Assembly: GCA_963797095.1 (NCBI GenBank)
Contig: CAWCNY010000004.1
Span: forward strand, 352,001-416,000
DNA from: an uncultured Chloroflexia bacterium
Lineage (GTDB): Bacteria; Chloroflexota; Chloroflexia; QHBQ01; JADMIH01
DNA length: 64,000 bases
Reading direction: 5' to 3'
Below the pieces are notes generated by a model. The model searched no databases. It was not told where the DNA came from and was given only the letters and a program-made list of their open reading frames with translations. Positions within the stretch are counted from its first letter, which is position 1, and each line of letters starts with the position of its first letter. A program made the translations under genes and the position numbers. This document shows, piece by piece, positions 38,813 through 48,226 of this stretch.

Positions 38813-40645
38813 CTACCGACTACCAACTGTTCGCACGCTCGCCGCGCTCGCCGCAAGTAGAAACCAGAAGACTACGTATATGGGTGTCGAGAATAAAAAA
38901 TAGTCTACCACACCATGAGCAAAAAAAGCTACCAGCGCCGATGTAGTCCCGACCCCCAGCAACCAGGAAGGACCTGTGGGCATGCGCAACAGCCCGCGAA
39001 CCGCCCGCCACAGTGCCAGCCCCGCCAACCACAGGAACGCCGCACCTCCCACAATGCCCAGATTAGTGAACATCTCTATGTACGTATTATTCGTAAAGAT
39101 ATTGCGGTTCCAGTCGGTCACACCGGCGTATTCGCCATACAGGTTGCGAAAACCGTCCGGCCCCACTCCCGTGATCGGGTGCGCCAGGAACATCTTCCAG
39201 GCTACCCGCCAGAGCTTGGTGCGCTCAACGCTGGTGGTGTCCGCGATTGCCTCTACATCCAGCGGAGGCGGCATCGCGGACGCAGGTGGCTGCTGGCTGC
39301 CCACTACCTCTGCCACCGCCTCGTTAATTATGTACGCTCGTATCTCACCTTTCATGCCCTGCTTGCGATCAAACCAGGTGACGTTTTCGTGCACCATGTC
39401 CCACTCAAAGCGGTAGCGCCCAGGCTGCGGCGGCGCTTGCACTATAGCCAATACGGAGACGGTTTCACCCGGCGCGACATCGTGCGGCAGAGGTGAGCGA
39501 AGCCCATCAAACACAAGGTATACATTCTCTGTCGCGCTCAGCCAGTGGTAGCTCACGCGCACGGGCAGCACTCCACTGGCAGGCCATTCCATCTGGCCGT
39601 CGTTCCTTAGCGTCACAGGCACGCTGATCACTTCGCGAGCAGACAAATCAGGCAGCGGCTCCGCCGTCACCGTCGCCTTGTACCAGTCCAGGTCGTTCTC
39701 TGTAAGCAGGCGCAGGCGGAACATCGGCTGCGTAGCTAACACCACCGCCCCACCCACCGCCATTACACCCACCACCACCGCCAGCGACCGCCAAACGCGG
39801 CGAAGTTCGATTTCGTAACCTGGCGAGGTTTGAGGCTCAAGAGGGCTATAAGCCTCAACCTTGGACGCTCGCCCCTTGATAATCGCCGCCACCGCAAACA
39901 CAGCCAGCGCAACCACCACCCCACCCAAAGCCGCACGGCTAAACGTCAAGATCAAGGCCACCATATATATCCCGGTCGCCACATACAGCAAAGCCAGTAC
40001 GAAGCGTCGTTTCCCCTCGGACACCTGTCCCTCGCCGAACAAGATGCTAACTAGGTAGCGTGCTGCGAATATCATGGCGATAGAAATCAGCACGGGCAGC
40101 GCCATCTCAAAATACATGGCCGCCCCGTTGGCATACTCGAACGTGCCACTCAGCCGCAGCATCCCACCTACCGTAGTCGGTTGTGGCTTGAACGCTTTCA
40201 GGAACGGCTGGATGTCGAATCCAGGCGCGAACTCCAATAGCCCCAACACGGCGGAAACGAAGCCTGCTCCCACAAATACGGATAGAGCTACAAATAACCT
40301 GCGGCGGCTGCGCAGCGTCTCCCATGCCACCGCATAGACCATCGCCCCCATCACCAACCGGTAACCGAACTGTACCCCCAGTGCCCTGTATTCACCGAAG
40401 ATTGTCGAAACCACGGTCGCGCCCAGCAGCGCCAGAATGGGCCACTTCAAAGGCAGCCTCAACAACTGTTGCCGCGCCCCACTATCCAACACAAGCCTGA
40501 CAACAAATACTCCGGCCAGTACGAACAGTGCTGCTTCCAGGTTTGTGAAGGTCGCCCAAAGAAAACGCCCAAGCGGTGGGTAGCCCGCCTCAAACGGGCT
40601 GAGCGCTACCACCGCCAGCAACACTCCATAGAGCGCCTTGTTCAT
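38813..40645 (-). CDS. O-antigen ligase/Wzy_C family protein with inserted Ig-like domain
   Basis: RLSGTFEYAN, TFSRAA, HPITGVGPDGF, NNTYIE; Ig-like segment VTLRNDGQMEW..LPHDVAPGETV..PGRYRFEWDMV. Confidence 0.85.
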   Translation of the reverse strand: MNKALYGVLLAVVALSPFEAGYPPLGRFLWATFTNLEAALFVLAGVFVVRLVLDSGARQQLLRLPLKWPILALLGATVVSTIFGEYRALGVQFGYRLVMGAMVYAVAWETLRSRRRLFVALSVFVGAGFVSAVLGLLEFAPGFDIQPFLKAFKPQPTTVGGMLRLSGTFEYANGAAMYFEMALPVLISIAMIFAARYLVSILFGEGQVSEGKRRFVLALLYVATGIYMVALILTFSRAALGGVVVALAVFAVAAIIKGRASKVEAYSPLEPQTSPGYEIELRRVWRSLAVVVGVMAVGGAVVLATQPMFRLRLLTENDLDWYKATVTAEPLPDLSAREVISVPVTLRNDGQMEWPASGVLPVRVSYHWLSATENVYLVFDGLRSPLPHDVAPGETVSVLAIVQAPPQPGRYRFEWDMVHENVTWFDRKQGMKGEIRAYIINEAVAEVVGSQQPPASAMPPPLDVEAIADTTSVERTKLWRVAWKMFLAHPITGVGPDGFRNLYGEYAGVTDWNRNIFTNNTYIEMFTNLGIVGGAAFLWLAGLALWRAVRGLLRMPTGPSWLLGVGTTSALVAFFAHGVVDYFLFSTPIYVVFWFLLAASAASVRTVGSR

Positions 40646-42033
40646 GAAGGAAGCTCCAGGTCGGCTGGCGACGAGTTCGAGATCGTCGGCTGCGAATTGC
40701 TTGGGCGCACCTGAGACAACCCATCGGCCCCGGCATGCCCGGCGGCGGCACCGTGCCGCACCACTGCAACAGCGCATAGCGCAAATAGCGCAACTTCGGT
40801 TGCAATCGTCGCCAGCGCCGCCCCTACCAACCCCAGCGTAGGTATCAACACTACGTTGGCCCCCACGTTCACAAAAACCGAAGTCAACGTGAACAGCGCA
40901 TACAGCCTCGGCTTATCGACCGCGATCAGCGCATTAGTCAACCCATAGTTCAAATACATAGGCACACAAGCCAGCGCCAACCAGGCAAGTATCGGCCCGG
41001 ACGCCGCATACACCGGGCCATACAGAACGCCGACGATCGGCACCGCCAATATCGCCAGCACTGAGGTAGCTAGCACACCCAGCCCAAGCAGCACAAGCAT
41101 CGTTTGCCCAAGCAGGTCGCGTAACACCTTCGTATTCGATCCATCCACGCGCGCCGACCGGGCCAGCAAAGGGAAAGTTGCAGCCAGCAGCACACCAGGC
41201 ACTATCAAGGAAGGCTCGAACAGTTTGTAGGCCACATTGTACACGGCCAACGCTTCATGCCCCAGGATCGGCGGTATCAGCAAATTGTCCACACGAAACG
41301 AGATAATGCTGAAAATCACCCCGATACCCACCGCCGTAGGTTGCGTCAACGAGCCGCGCCAGTAAGCCCAATCTATGCGCCACAGCGGATGCACGTAGCG
41401 CAGCAACAGCCTGTAGCTCACCCCGATAGCCGCCAGTGTCGCGAGCACAAAGGCAATCGCCAACCCCCACACCCCCGCGCCCACCAGCAACAAACCCACG
41501 CCAAGCGCCAGGGTGATCCCCCGCGCTACCAACCCGGTCCACGCCTCCCATCCCAATCTACCAAGCGCACGAAAACAGTTAGCCAGGTAGTCCAGCCCTG
41601 TGCCCAGCACCATCGCCAGCCCCACCACCAGCAAAGCCCCCTGGTTGCCCACAGGCTCAACGTACACCGCCCCCGCGATCAGCAGCATAGCAACCACGGA
41701 TAACCCACTCTTGAGCAGCAGCCCGCCCCCGATCAAGCTCCCCGCCGCCACCGGATCGCCAAAGCGTTGCTTCCCAGCTTCACCCGCGATCAGGAGCCGC
41801 GCGAGCTCTCTCTGCACGAACATTTGCAGCCCAAAGTCCGCCACCTGTGCCAGCATGAAACCGATGCTAAGCGCGAACGTGAAATCCCCGAAATCGCCCT
41901 GTGACAACTGGCGCGCGGCGACCCACAACAAGCCATATTGTAACAATCTGCCCGTAAGGTCGGATCCCAGCTTCGCCAGCGCTCCCCGCCCCTTGATTAT
42001 GCGTGCGAAATTGAGGATCATTGAACCAAACAT
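40642..42033 (-). CDS. Polysaccharide flippase (Wzx/MOP family)
   Basis: AARQL..FGDF, ADFGL, RVDNLL, YNVAYKL, IPTLGLVGAALAT; ATGA overlap with the ligase. Confidence 0.9.
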   Translation of the reverse strand: MFGSMILNFARIIKGRGALAKLGSDLTGRLLQYGLLWVAARQLSQGDFGDFTFALSIGFMLAQVADFGLQMFVQRELARLLIAGEAGKQRFGDPVAAGSLIGGGLLLKSGLSVVAMLLIAGAVYVEPVGNQGALLVVGLAMVLGTGLDYLANCFRALGRLGWEAWTGLVARGITLALGVGLLLVGAGVWGLAIAFVLATLAAIGVSYRLLLRYVHPLWRIDWAYWRGSLTQPTAVGIGVIFSIISFRVDNLLIPPILGHEALAVYNVAYKLFEPSLIVPGVLLAATFPLLARSARVDGSNTKVLRDLLGQTMLVLLGLGVLATSVLAILAVPIVGVLYGPVYAASGPILAWLALACVPMYLNYGLTNALIAVDKPRLYALFTLTSVFVNVGANVVLIPTLGLVGAALATIATEVALFALCAVAVVRHGAAAGHAGADGLSQVRPSNSQPTISNSSPADLELPS

Positions 42034-42082
42034 GATCAGGATTGTATCATAAAGTAGGCGATTCTTTACCAACCACATCTCT

Positions 42083-42667
42083 ATGAAGCTTCCCCTGACA
42101 CTCCCCAGGTCACGCCCCGCCCCGCACAACGTCGAAGGCTTGGCATTCGACTGCGAATTGGCCGCCCGAATTCGCGACGGCGACCGCACAGCGTTCGACC
42201 GCCTTGTCGAGCGCCATCTCCCGCGTGTCAATCGCTACTTGCAGCACAGATTGGGCCTGGGACATGACGAATTGGCCCTCAGTGTCGCCTCCTCTACCTT
42301 CGAAGAAGCCCTGCACAAGCTCGGCCCCTACGCCCGCAAGACCGCCACTACCCCCATGGAGTTCTGGCTGCTCAGGCTTGCCGAACGCAACCTCGCCAGG
42401 CAACACCACCCCCCCAAAGCAAAAGCGTCCGAGCCACCAACCACCACACCAACCGAGGGCGACGACCTCCCTACCGTCAGGACGGCTATGCAAACCCTCC
42501 CCAGGCGATATTCTTCAGTCCTTACCCTGGCTCTATTCGAGGGTATGACCGCCGAATCGATTGCGTTCGCATTGGGCATGAGCCAGGCGCGTGCCATGCG
42601 TCGGTTGCGGGCAGCCCTGCGACAAATAGGGAAACGATTGGTGGCCCAATCCGAGGGAGATAGCTAG
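42083..42667 (+). CDS. ECF-like sigma factor (atypical)
   Basis: GDRTAFDRLVERH..WLLRLAERN (region 2); LPRRYSSVL..EGMTAESIAFALG (region 4). Confidence 0.75.
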   Translation: MKLPLTLPRSRPAPHNVEGLAFDCELAARIRDGDRTAFDRLVERHLPRVNRYLQHRLGLGHDELALSVASSTFEEALHKLGPYARKTATTPMEFWLLRLAERNLARQHHPPKAKASEPPTTTPTEGDDLPTVRTAMQTLPRRYSSVLTLALFEGMTAESIAFALGMSQARAMRRLRAALRQIGKRLVAQSEGDS

Positions 42668-42668
42668 C

Positions 42669-43856
42669 TTGGACGCGCTGCGACGCCTCATCCAATCGGC
42701 GACCGGCCAGGGCGGCGACCGTCAGGTGTGGCGCGTCCCACCATCTGAGCGCGCCCCACGAGCGCCGCGCCTGGGCGGAGCAGATCGCGCCCTGTCCGAT
42801 GCTCTCACACAACTTGGCGAGGGTGTTCCCCTCAACTGGGGGCAGATAGAAGACGACCCTGAGTTACTGACCCTCGCGCGGCTCCAGGGCGCAGCCCAGG
42901 AATCTCGGCTGCAATCTGTCCCCGAGCCTCCACCCGCCGAGCGCGCCAGGATCGTGGAACAGCTGGCCGCACAACTACCGAAACCAACGCCCCCTAAGGC
43001 GCAGAAGGTCGCGCCCAAAAGCCTCGCCGGCTTTTCGGAGCGTGTACAGGTGCTCACTCAGGTCGAGGAAGATGTTCCCCTCCACGCCAGCGTGCCCAAA
43101 ACGCTGGTGCGTGTGGTGCTTGCTTTGGCCGCTGTTGCTCTGGTCGTGTTCGGCATCTCCTGGGTCATAAGCACTTTCACCACCCCCGCCTTCACCTGGA
43201 TCGAGGTCAGGAAGGGCAGCGACCTGCTCAACCGGATCACCAGGCCCGGCGGCTGGCAACAATACCCATGCAAAGTCGAGCGGCAGTCCAGCCCCCTCGC
43301 AAGTGAAGGCTTCCATACCTACACATCGGCCAAGATCATACGCGACCGGCTCACCTTCGACATCCCCCTCCTCCCACTGCAAGTGTCTAACCCTTCCACC
43401 TACACTCTTGAGTTTAGCCAGGCGTCCGTCGCTCCATGCAAACTGGACGATGAAGTCAGCAACGATCCGGGCGCGATGCTCAAACTCAACTACAATGTCC
43501 ACTACACAATCATAGACCCTACTGCTCCGCTCACCGCCCTCGGCAGCCCCACAGGCGAAAAGGAAGTAATAGTGCCCCTGGTGGCCTACGTTGCTCGCGA
43601 ACAACCCATCCCCATTAACGTGCGCGAAGGCACATGGCGTGAAGTCCATCTGACATCCGCCAAAGGCGGGCCTGATCTACATGGCGTGATCTGGCAGGGC
43701 GACTATTTCCACGACAGGTCGGGTGAGGCATGGTACGGCCCGGTGATCGTCCTCCTGGTCGAGCGAGGCGACATGATCATGGAGCTTGAAGGCGCGCCCC
43801 ACGACGGCATCACCGAGGATTTCCTCCTGAACGTAGCCCAGAACGTCGCCTGGTAG
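42669..43856 (+). CDS. Single-pass membrane protein, putative anti-sigma factor
   Basis: Starts 1 bp after the sigma gene; one TM helix after ~145 aa. Confidence 0.55.
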   Translation: MDALRRLIQSATGQGGDRQVWRVPPSERAPRAPRLGGADRALSDALTQLGEGVPLNWGQIEDDPELLTLARLQGAAQESRLQSVPEPPPAERARIVEQLAAQLPKPTPPKAQKVAPKSLAGFSERVQVLTQVEEDVPLHASVPKTLVRVVLALAAVALVVFGISWVISTFTTPAFTWIEVRKGSDLLNRITRPGGWQQYPCKVERQSSPLASEGFHTYTSAKIIRDRLTFDIPLLPLQVSNPSTYTLEFSQASVAPCKLDDEVSNDPGAMLKLNYNVHYTIIDPTAPLTALGSPTGEKEVIVPLVAYVAREQPIPINVREGTWREVHLTSAKGGPDLHGVIWQGDYFHDRSGEAWYGPVIVLLVERGDMIMELEGAPHDGITEDFLLNVAQNVAW

Positions 43857-43865
43857 CCCTGTACT

Positions 43866-43894
43866 TTGACACGCTTCACCTGGCGGTATAGAAT
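43866..43894 (+). promoter_or_regulatory. Sigma70 promoter giving a leaderless transcript
   Basis: TTGACA-17 nt-TAGAAT-6 nt-GTG 43901. Confidence 0.75.
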
Positions 43895-43900
43895 CGGCCC

Positions 43901-45589
43901 GTGATTGACAAAGTTCATGGTCGCGTCTTGCCCCCCTGGCATGTATGGGCAGCCTGGCTGGCGGCAGGGGCGCTCCTCCTGCTGGCGATACCTTCCATTG
44001 CCCGTTTCGTGGGCACCTCCGGCGATTGGCTCAACTACCCCTACCCACGTCCCGGCTCGGAAGGCCTGATCCTCTACGAGTCCCTCCTTTCCAAACACGG
44101 CGGCAACGTCTACGCCCCCATCACCCCCGACCGCTTTATCTCCGGCCCCTACCCTCCCATCTACTACTGGCTCGCCGTTCTGGTCCTGCCCGACCATCTA
44201 CCCGACTTTTCCTCGCCCCAAACGGTCACTTCCATATTCGCTCCTGGCCGAACCATTTCCCTGGTCGCCGCCATAACTGCGGCCCTACTCATCGTCTCTA
44301 TCGTCACCGCCGGAGGATATGCGGTTCGGGACAGGCGTAGGTTGCTGTGCGGCATCATAGGAGGCGCTGTTGGTGCAACCATATTCCTCGCTATGCCCCA
44401 GGTGGAAGTATGGGCCACCCGCTTCAGGGGTGACATGCTGATGATCGCTCTTACAGCGGGCGGCCTGGCCTGCATATCGGCAACTTCATCAGGAACATCG
44501 GACGACAATCGCCTGGGCTGGCCCTGGCTGGTCGCGGGCGCTGCCCTCTTCTCGCTCGCCTTTTTCACCAAGCAGACCGCCGTGGCAGGCCCTATTGCTG
44601 CCGCCCTCTTTCTTTTGGCACGCGACTGGCGCTCCGGCCTCAAATGGTGCGCGCTGATGTTCGCCCTGGTAATCGTGCCTTTCGCCGCCCTCGACCTCGC
44701 CACCGCTCACTGGTTCTACCTGAAGATGGTCGATTACCACTCACTTCCGCTAAGGAGCCTCACCCTCGAACGCCTCCTCCAGTTCGCCTTCTGGGAGGAC
44801 CAGTGGCCCGTCATTCTCCTGGCAATCGCCTACGCCCTCTTATCTGCCCTCACTCTGCGCGGCGTTTCCCGCCCTCCCCCTACAGGCCCAACCGAGCGAA
44901 CCTTCTTGTCTCGCTTGCCCCGTCTCAAAGTGGACAATACCCTTCTGATCCCTTTCTTCGTACTCGCCGCCCTCACTACGCTCCCGACCGGGGCAGTGGT
45001 CGGCGCGGACCACAACCATCTCTTGATGCCCGGCCTTGCCGTATCGCTTGGGGTAGGAGCGCCGGTCGCCTTCCTGCTCAATTACCTCACAACTTCCGAA
45101 AGTCCCGTTCCTGGGCAGCCCTGGAACCGGTCGCGCTCTACCTACACACTATCGGCGGCGGTATCAGCGGTCCTCATCGGCCTGTACCTCCTTGTTACGT
45201 CGCCACCATCCTCCTGGTACAATCCCGACCTCACGGTCCCCCCTCCTGAGCAGCAAGAGCAATTGCGCAAAATTGTTCTCAATATCCAGCAAAACCCCGG
45301 CGCTCTCTTCTTCGCGGACGACCCCGGTATGCTTGCGCTGGCGGGCAAGGAAACACCCTATGACGATCCCTTCACGATGACCGCTCTCGCTGAACAAGGT
45401 CGCTGGGACGAATCTGCCTACCGAAACCAAATAGGCCAGGGTAAGTTCGCCCTCCTGGTCCTCTCATGTGATGTGACCTCACCCAACAGTTGCCGAGGCG
45501 ACACCTTCACCCCCGGCGTGCTAGACGCAATTCGCGACGGCTACACAATCCTTTTCCGCGACATCCTCTACACCTACGTACCGAAATAA
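43901..45589 (+). CDS. GT-C (ArnT/GT39-like) membrane glycosyltransferase
   Basis: EG, YPPIYY, GRTIS, RGDML, AFFTKQT; many TM helices. Confidence 0.7.
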   Translation: MIDKVHGRVLPPWHVWAAWLAAGALLLLAIPSIARFVGTSGDWLNYPYPRPGSEGLILYESLLSKHGGNVYAPITPDRFISGPYPPIYYWLAVLVLPDHLPDFSSPQTVTSIFAPGRTISLVAAITAALLIVSIVTAGGYAVRDRRRLLCGIIGGAVGATIFLAMPQVEVWATRFRGDMLMIALTAGGLACISATSSGTSDDNRLGWPWLVAGAALFSLAFFTKQTAVAGPIAAALFLLARDWRSGLKWCALMFALVIVPFAALDLATAHWFYLKMVDYHSLPLRSLTLERLLQFAFWEDQWPVILLAIAYALLSALTLRGVSRPPPTGPTERTFLSRLPRLKVDNTLLIPFFVLAALTTLPTGAVVGADHNHLLMPGLAVSLGVGAPVAFLLNYLTTSESPVPGQPWNRSRSTYTLSAAVSAVLIGLYLLVTSPPSSWYNPDLTVPPPEQQEQLRKIVLNIQQNPGALFFADDPGMLALAGKETPYDDPFTMTALAEQGRWDESAYRNQIGQGKFALLVLSCDVTSPNSCRGDTFTPGVLDAIRDGYTILFRDILYTYVPK

Positions 45590-45749
45590 GCCTTTCAACG
45601 ATGTACAATCTGTTTTTTGCAATAGAGAATCTTCGTGCTTCGCACTCCTTCGTATCTTCGTGTTCCGGTCTTCGTGTTCCAGGAAAAACACCTTGCATAC
45701 TAAGGCCCCCTCACGTACACTTAACGGATAGACCAATCGAGGCAGACAC

Positions 45750-47201
45750 ATGGCAGACAAGGTTCGATTACGAATAGCACCTTCCCCAACGGGCGACCCC
45801 CACGTCGGCACGGCTTACATGGCGCTCTTCAACAGAGCGTTCGCCCACAGGCACGGCGGCAAGTTCATCCTCCGCATAGAGGACACCGACCAGACCCGCT
45901 ACAAGGAAGGCTCCGAGCAAGAGATACTCAAAAGCCTCGACTGGCTTGGCCTCATGCCCGATGAAGGCCCCGGCATCGGCGGCGACTACGGTCCCTACGT
46001 GCAAACTCAGCGCCGCGACCTTTACCCGAAGTGCGCCAACCAGCTTGTCAACAGCGGCCATGCCTATCGCTGCTTTTGCACCAAAGAGCGCCTTGACCAA
46101 CTCCGCCAGGAGCAAATAGCGCGCAAAGAGCCGCCGCGCTACGACCGCCGTTGCCTTTACCTCCCCAAACATGAGATCGAGAGCTACCTGGTGGCAGGTA
46201 TGCCCTACACGATCCGCCTGCGCGTGCCGGACGAGGGCCAAACCTCCTTCAACGACCTCATAAGGGGCGAGATCACCTTCGATAACAAGGAGTTGAACGA
46301 CCCCATCCTCCTCAAGTCGGATGGCTTGCCCGTCTATCACCTTGCCGTGGTTGTAGACGATCACTTTATGGAGATCAGCCACGTCGTACGCGCCGAGGAG
46401 TGGATCAGCAGCGCGCCACTCCACGTAATGCTATACAACTTCTTCGGCTGGGACCTACCGTACTTCGCCCACTTCCCCCTCTTACGCAACGCTGATCGCT
46501 CTAAGATCTCCAAGCGCAAGCAGAATACGTCCATCAAATGGTACCGTGACCAGGGCTACCTCCCTGAGGCGATGGTCAACTTCCTTGCCCTCATGGGTTG
46601 GTCTATGCCCGATGGTAGCGAGATATTCTCGTACGAGGACATTGAGCGCGAATTCACATTCGAGCGCGTAACCACCGGTGGCCCCGTCTTCGACCTCGTG
46701 AAATTGACCAGCATCAACGGCAAGTACATCCGCATGCTGTCGGACGACGAGCTTTATGAGCGCCTCCTGCCCTACCTACCCGAAGACCTCGACCGAGACA
46801 GGGTGCGCAAGATCGTGCCCGTTCTGAAAGACCGCCTCACCCGCCTAGGCGAGTTCACCGACCTCACCGGCTTCTTCTTCGGGCCTCCACCCGACTATGC
46901 GCCTTCTCTGTTAGTGCCGAAGAAAGGTACTCCCGAAAGTGCTTTGGAGGCCCTCAAGAGAATCAGAACACTCATGTCCGATCTTCCTGAGCCGTGGACC
47001 CACGAGGAATGGGAAGCCCGGATGCGCGCCCTGGCCGAGGAGCTTGGAATGAAGGCGGGCGACCTCTTCATGGTCCTGCGCGTCGCCATCACCAGCAGCA
47101 CCATCTCCCCACCCCTGTACGAGAGCATGGAAATCCTGGGCAAGGCCGAGGTGCTCAGCAGGATCGATACAGCCATAGGCAAATTAGAAAACCATACTTA
47201 A
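45750..47201 (+). CDS. gltX: Glutamate--tRNA ligase
   Basis: RIAPSPTGDPHVG (HIGH), LRIEDTD, VVDDH, KISKR (KMSKS). Confidence 0.97.
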   Translation: MADKVRLRIAPSPTGDPHVGTAYMALFNRAFAHRHGGKFILRIEDTDQTRYKEGSEQEILKSLDWLGLMPDEGPGIGGDYGPYVQTQRRDLYPKCANQLVNSGHAYRCFCTKERLDQLRQEQIARKEPPRYDRRCLYLPKHEIESYLVAGMPYTIRLRVPDEGQTSFNDLIRGEITFDNKELNDPILLKSDGLPVYHLAVVVDDHFMEISHVVRAEEWISSAPLHVMLYNFFGWDLPYFAHFPLLRNADRSKISKRKQNTSIKWYRDQGYLPEAMVNFLALMGWSMPDGSEIFSYEDIEREFTFERVTTGGPVFDLVKLTSINGKYIRMLSDDELYERLLPYLPEDLDRDRVRKIVPVLKDRLTRLGEFTDLTGFFFGPPPDYAPSLLVPKKGTPESALEALKRIRTLMSDLPEPWTHEEWEARMRALAEELGMKAGDLFMVLRVAITSSTISPPLYESMEILGKAEVLSRIDTAIGKLENHT

Positions 47202-47202
47202 G

Positions 47203-47329
47203 TACACCCCAAAACCTGTCCAGATTTGTCCTACCTTTGCCTTATACCATATGAGGGGAAGTCCAACCATCTAGTGGACTGAACCGCCGAAAACCCGCGA
47301 AAACAATCAAAACATGTACCAAAGTACAC
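47203..47329 (+). repeat. ~128-bp dispersed element, copy 2
   Basis: Homologous to 28795-28923. Confidence 0.7.
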
Positions 47330-47381
47330 GTTTTTCCGGGTGCCGCATAGACAGCGTTGTAAGCGCAGGCCTTGGGCTTTC

Positions 47382-48143
47382 CTAAATCAAAGCCTTACTC
47401 TTGAAAGATTCCCATTGGCCGTCGCGCAGGTGGGCAACGTAAAAAATATGCTCAAGGAAACGTGAATGGGCGATCAGAACCTCTTCGCCAGGCTGAAGAT
47501 TCACGTAGGCATTCTTCTCTATCCGGAAGACAACGCGTGGGCCGGGCGCGCCCAGCGAAGCAGGCGCAACCTCCACCTGCGACGATATTCGGTCACGCGA
47601 GAGATATCCGCTGCGCCTCGGAGGGGAGGGGAGAGCACCGCCAGCACCACGTGGCTTCACGATCTGTGAGCGGTCCACCGACGCCGCCACCTGCTCATCG
47701 GTTATCTGTGAAGCCATGTACTGGTCTGGACCCGCATAGGCTGGCGTCACCCCAATCCAATCGCCCGCCATACGTCCGGCCACCGCGCGTTTGTCGGCCA
47801 GCGTGCCGCGAGTGTAGTGCAAGGGAGATGAAAGATCTCGCACTCCCTTGATCAGCGCAAGCAGGAAGTAGACGGTCAGCGCTGTCCCGACCAGCCCAAA
47901 TGTGCCGCAAAACAGGAAACCGGCAGGTGTAGCCCCGGCGGTTCCTCCCTCGGAGGCGTTCCAGGAGTTGGCGGCATTGCCAAAGGCCACCACAGTCAAG
48001 AAACCTACCAGCAGGAAGAGAAGAAGGGTCGCAAGCAGAGTGACCACTATTGGCAAATAGTAGTTTATTCGAGGCAGCCCCTCAATCGCATCTGATCGTG
48101 GCAGATTGTCCTTGCCCCGCCCCAGCAGTGACCTGACCTTCAT
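47382..48143 (-). CDS. Hypothetical membrane protein, probably leaderless
   Basis: Two TM helices; TATAAT lies 7 nt before ATG 48143. Confidence 0.65.
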   Translation of the reverse strand: MKVRSLLGRGKDNLPRSDAIEGLPRINYYLPIVVTLLATLLLFLLVGFLTVVAFGNAANSWNASEGGTAGATPAGFLFCGTFGLVGTALTVYFLLALIKGVRDLSSPLHYTRGTLADKRAVAGRMAGDWIGVTPAYAGPDQYMASQITDEQVAASVDRSQIVKPRGAGGALPSPPRRSGYLSRDRISSQVEVAPASLGAPGPRVVFRIEKNAYVNLQPGEEVLIAHSRFLEHIFYVAHLRDGQWESFKSKALI

Positions 48144-48226
48144 AGACGCCATTATATTAGCCCTCCCGATTGGCTTCAAGCCAATTCGTGCTATAATGAT
48201 CTCACTTCGTCGCGCAACTGAGGAGC

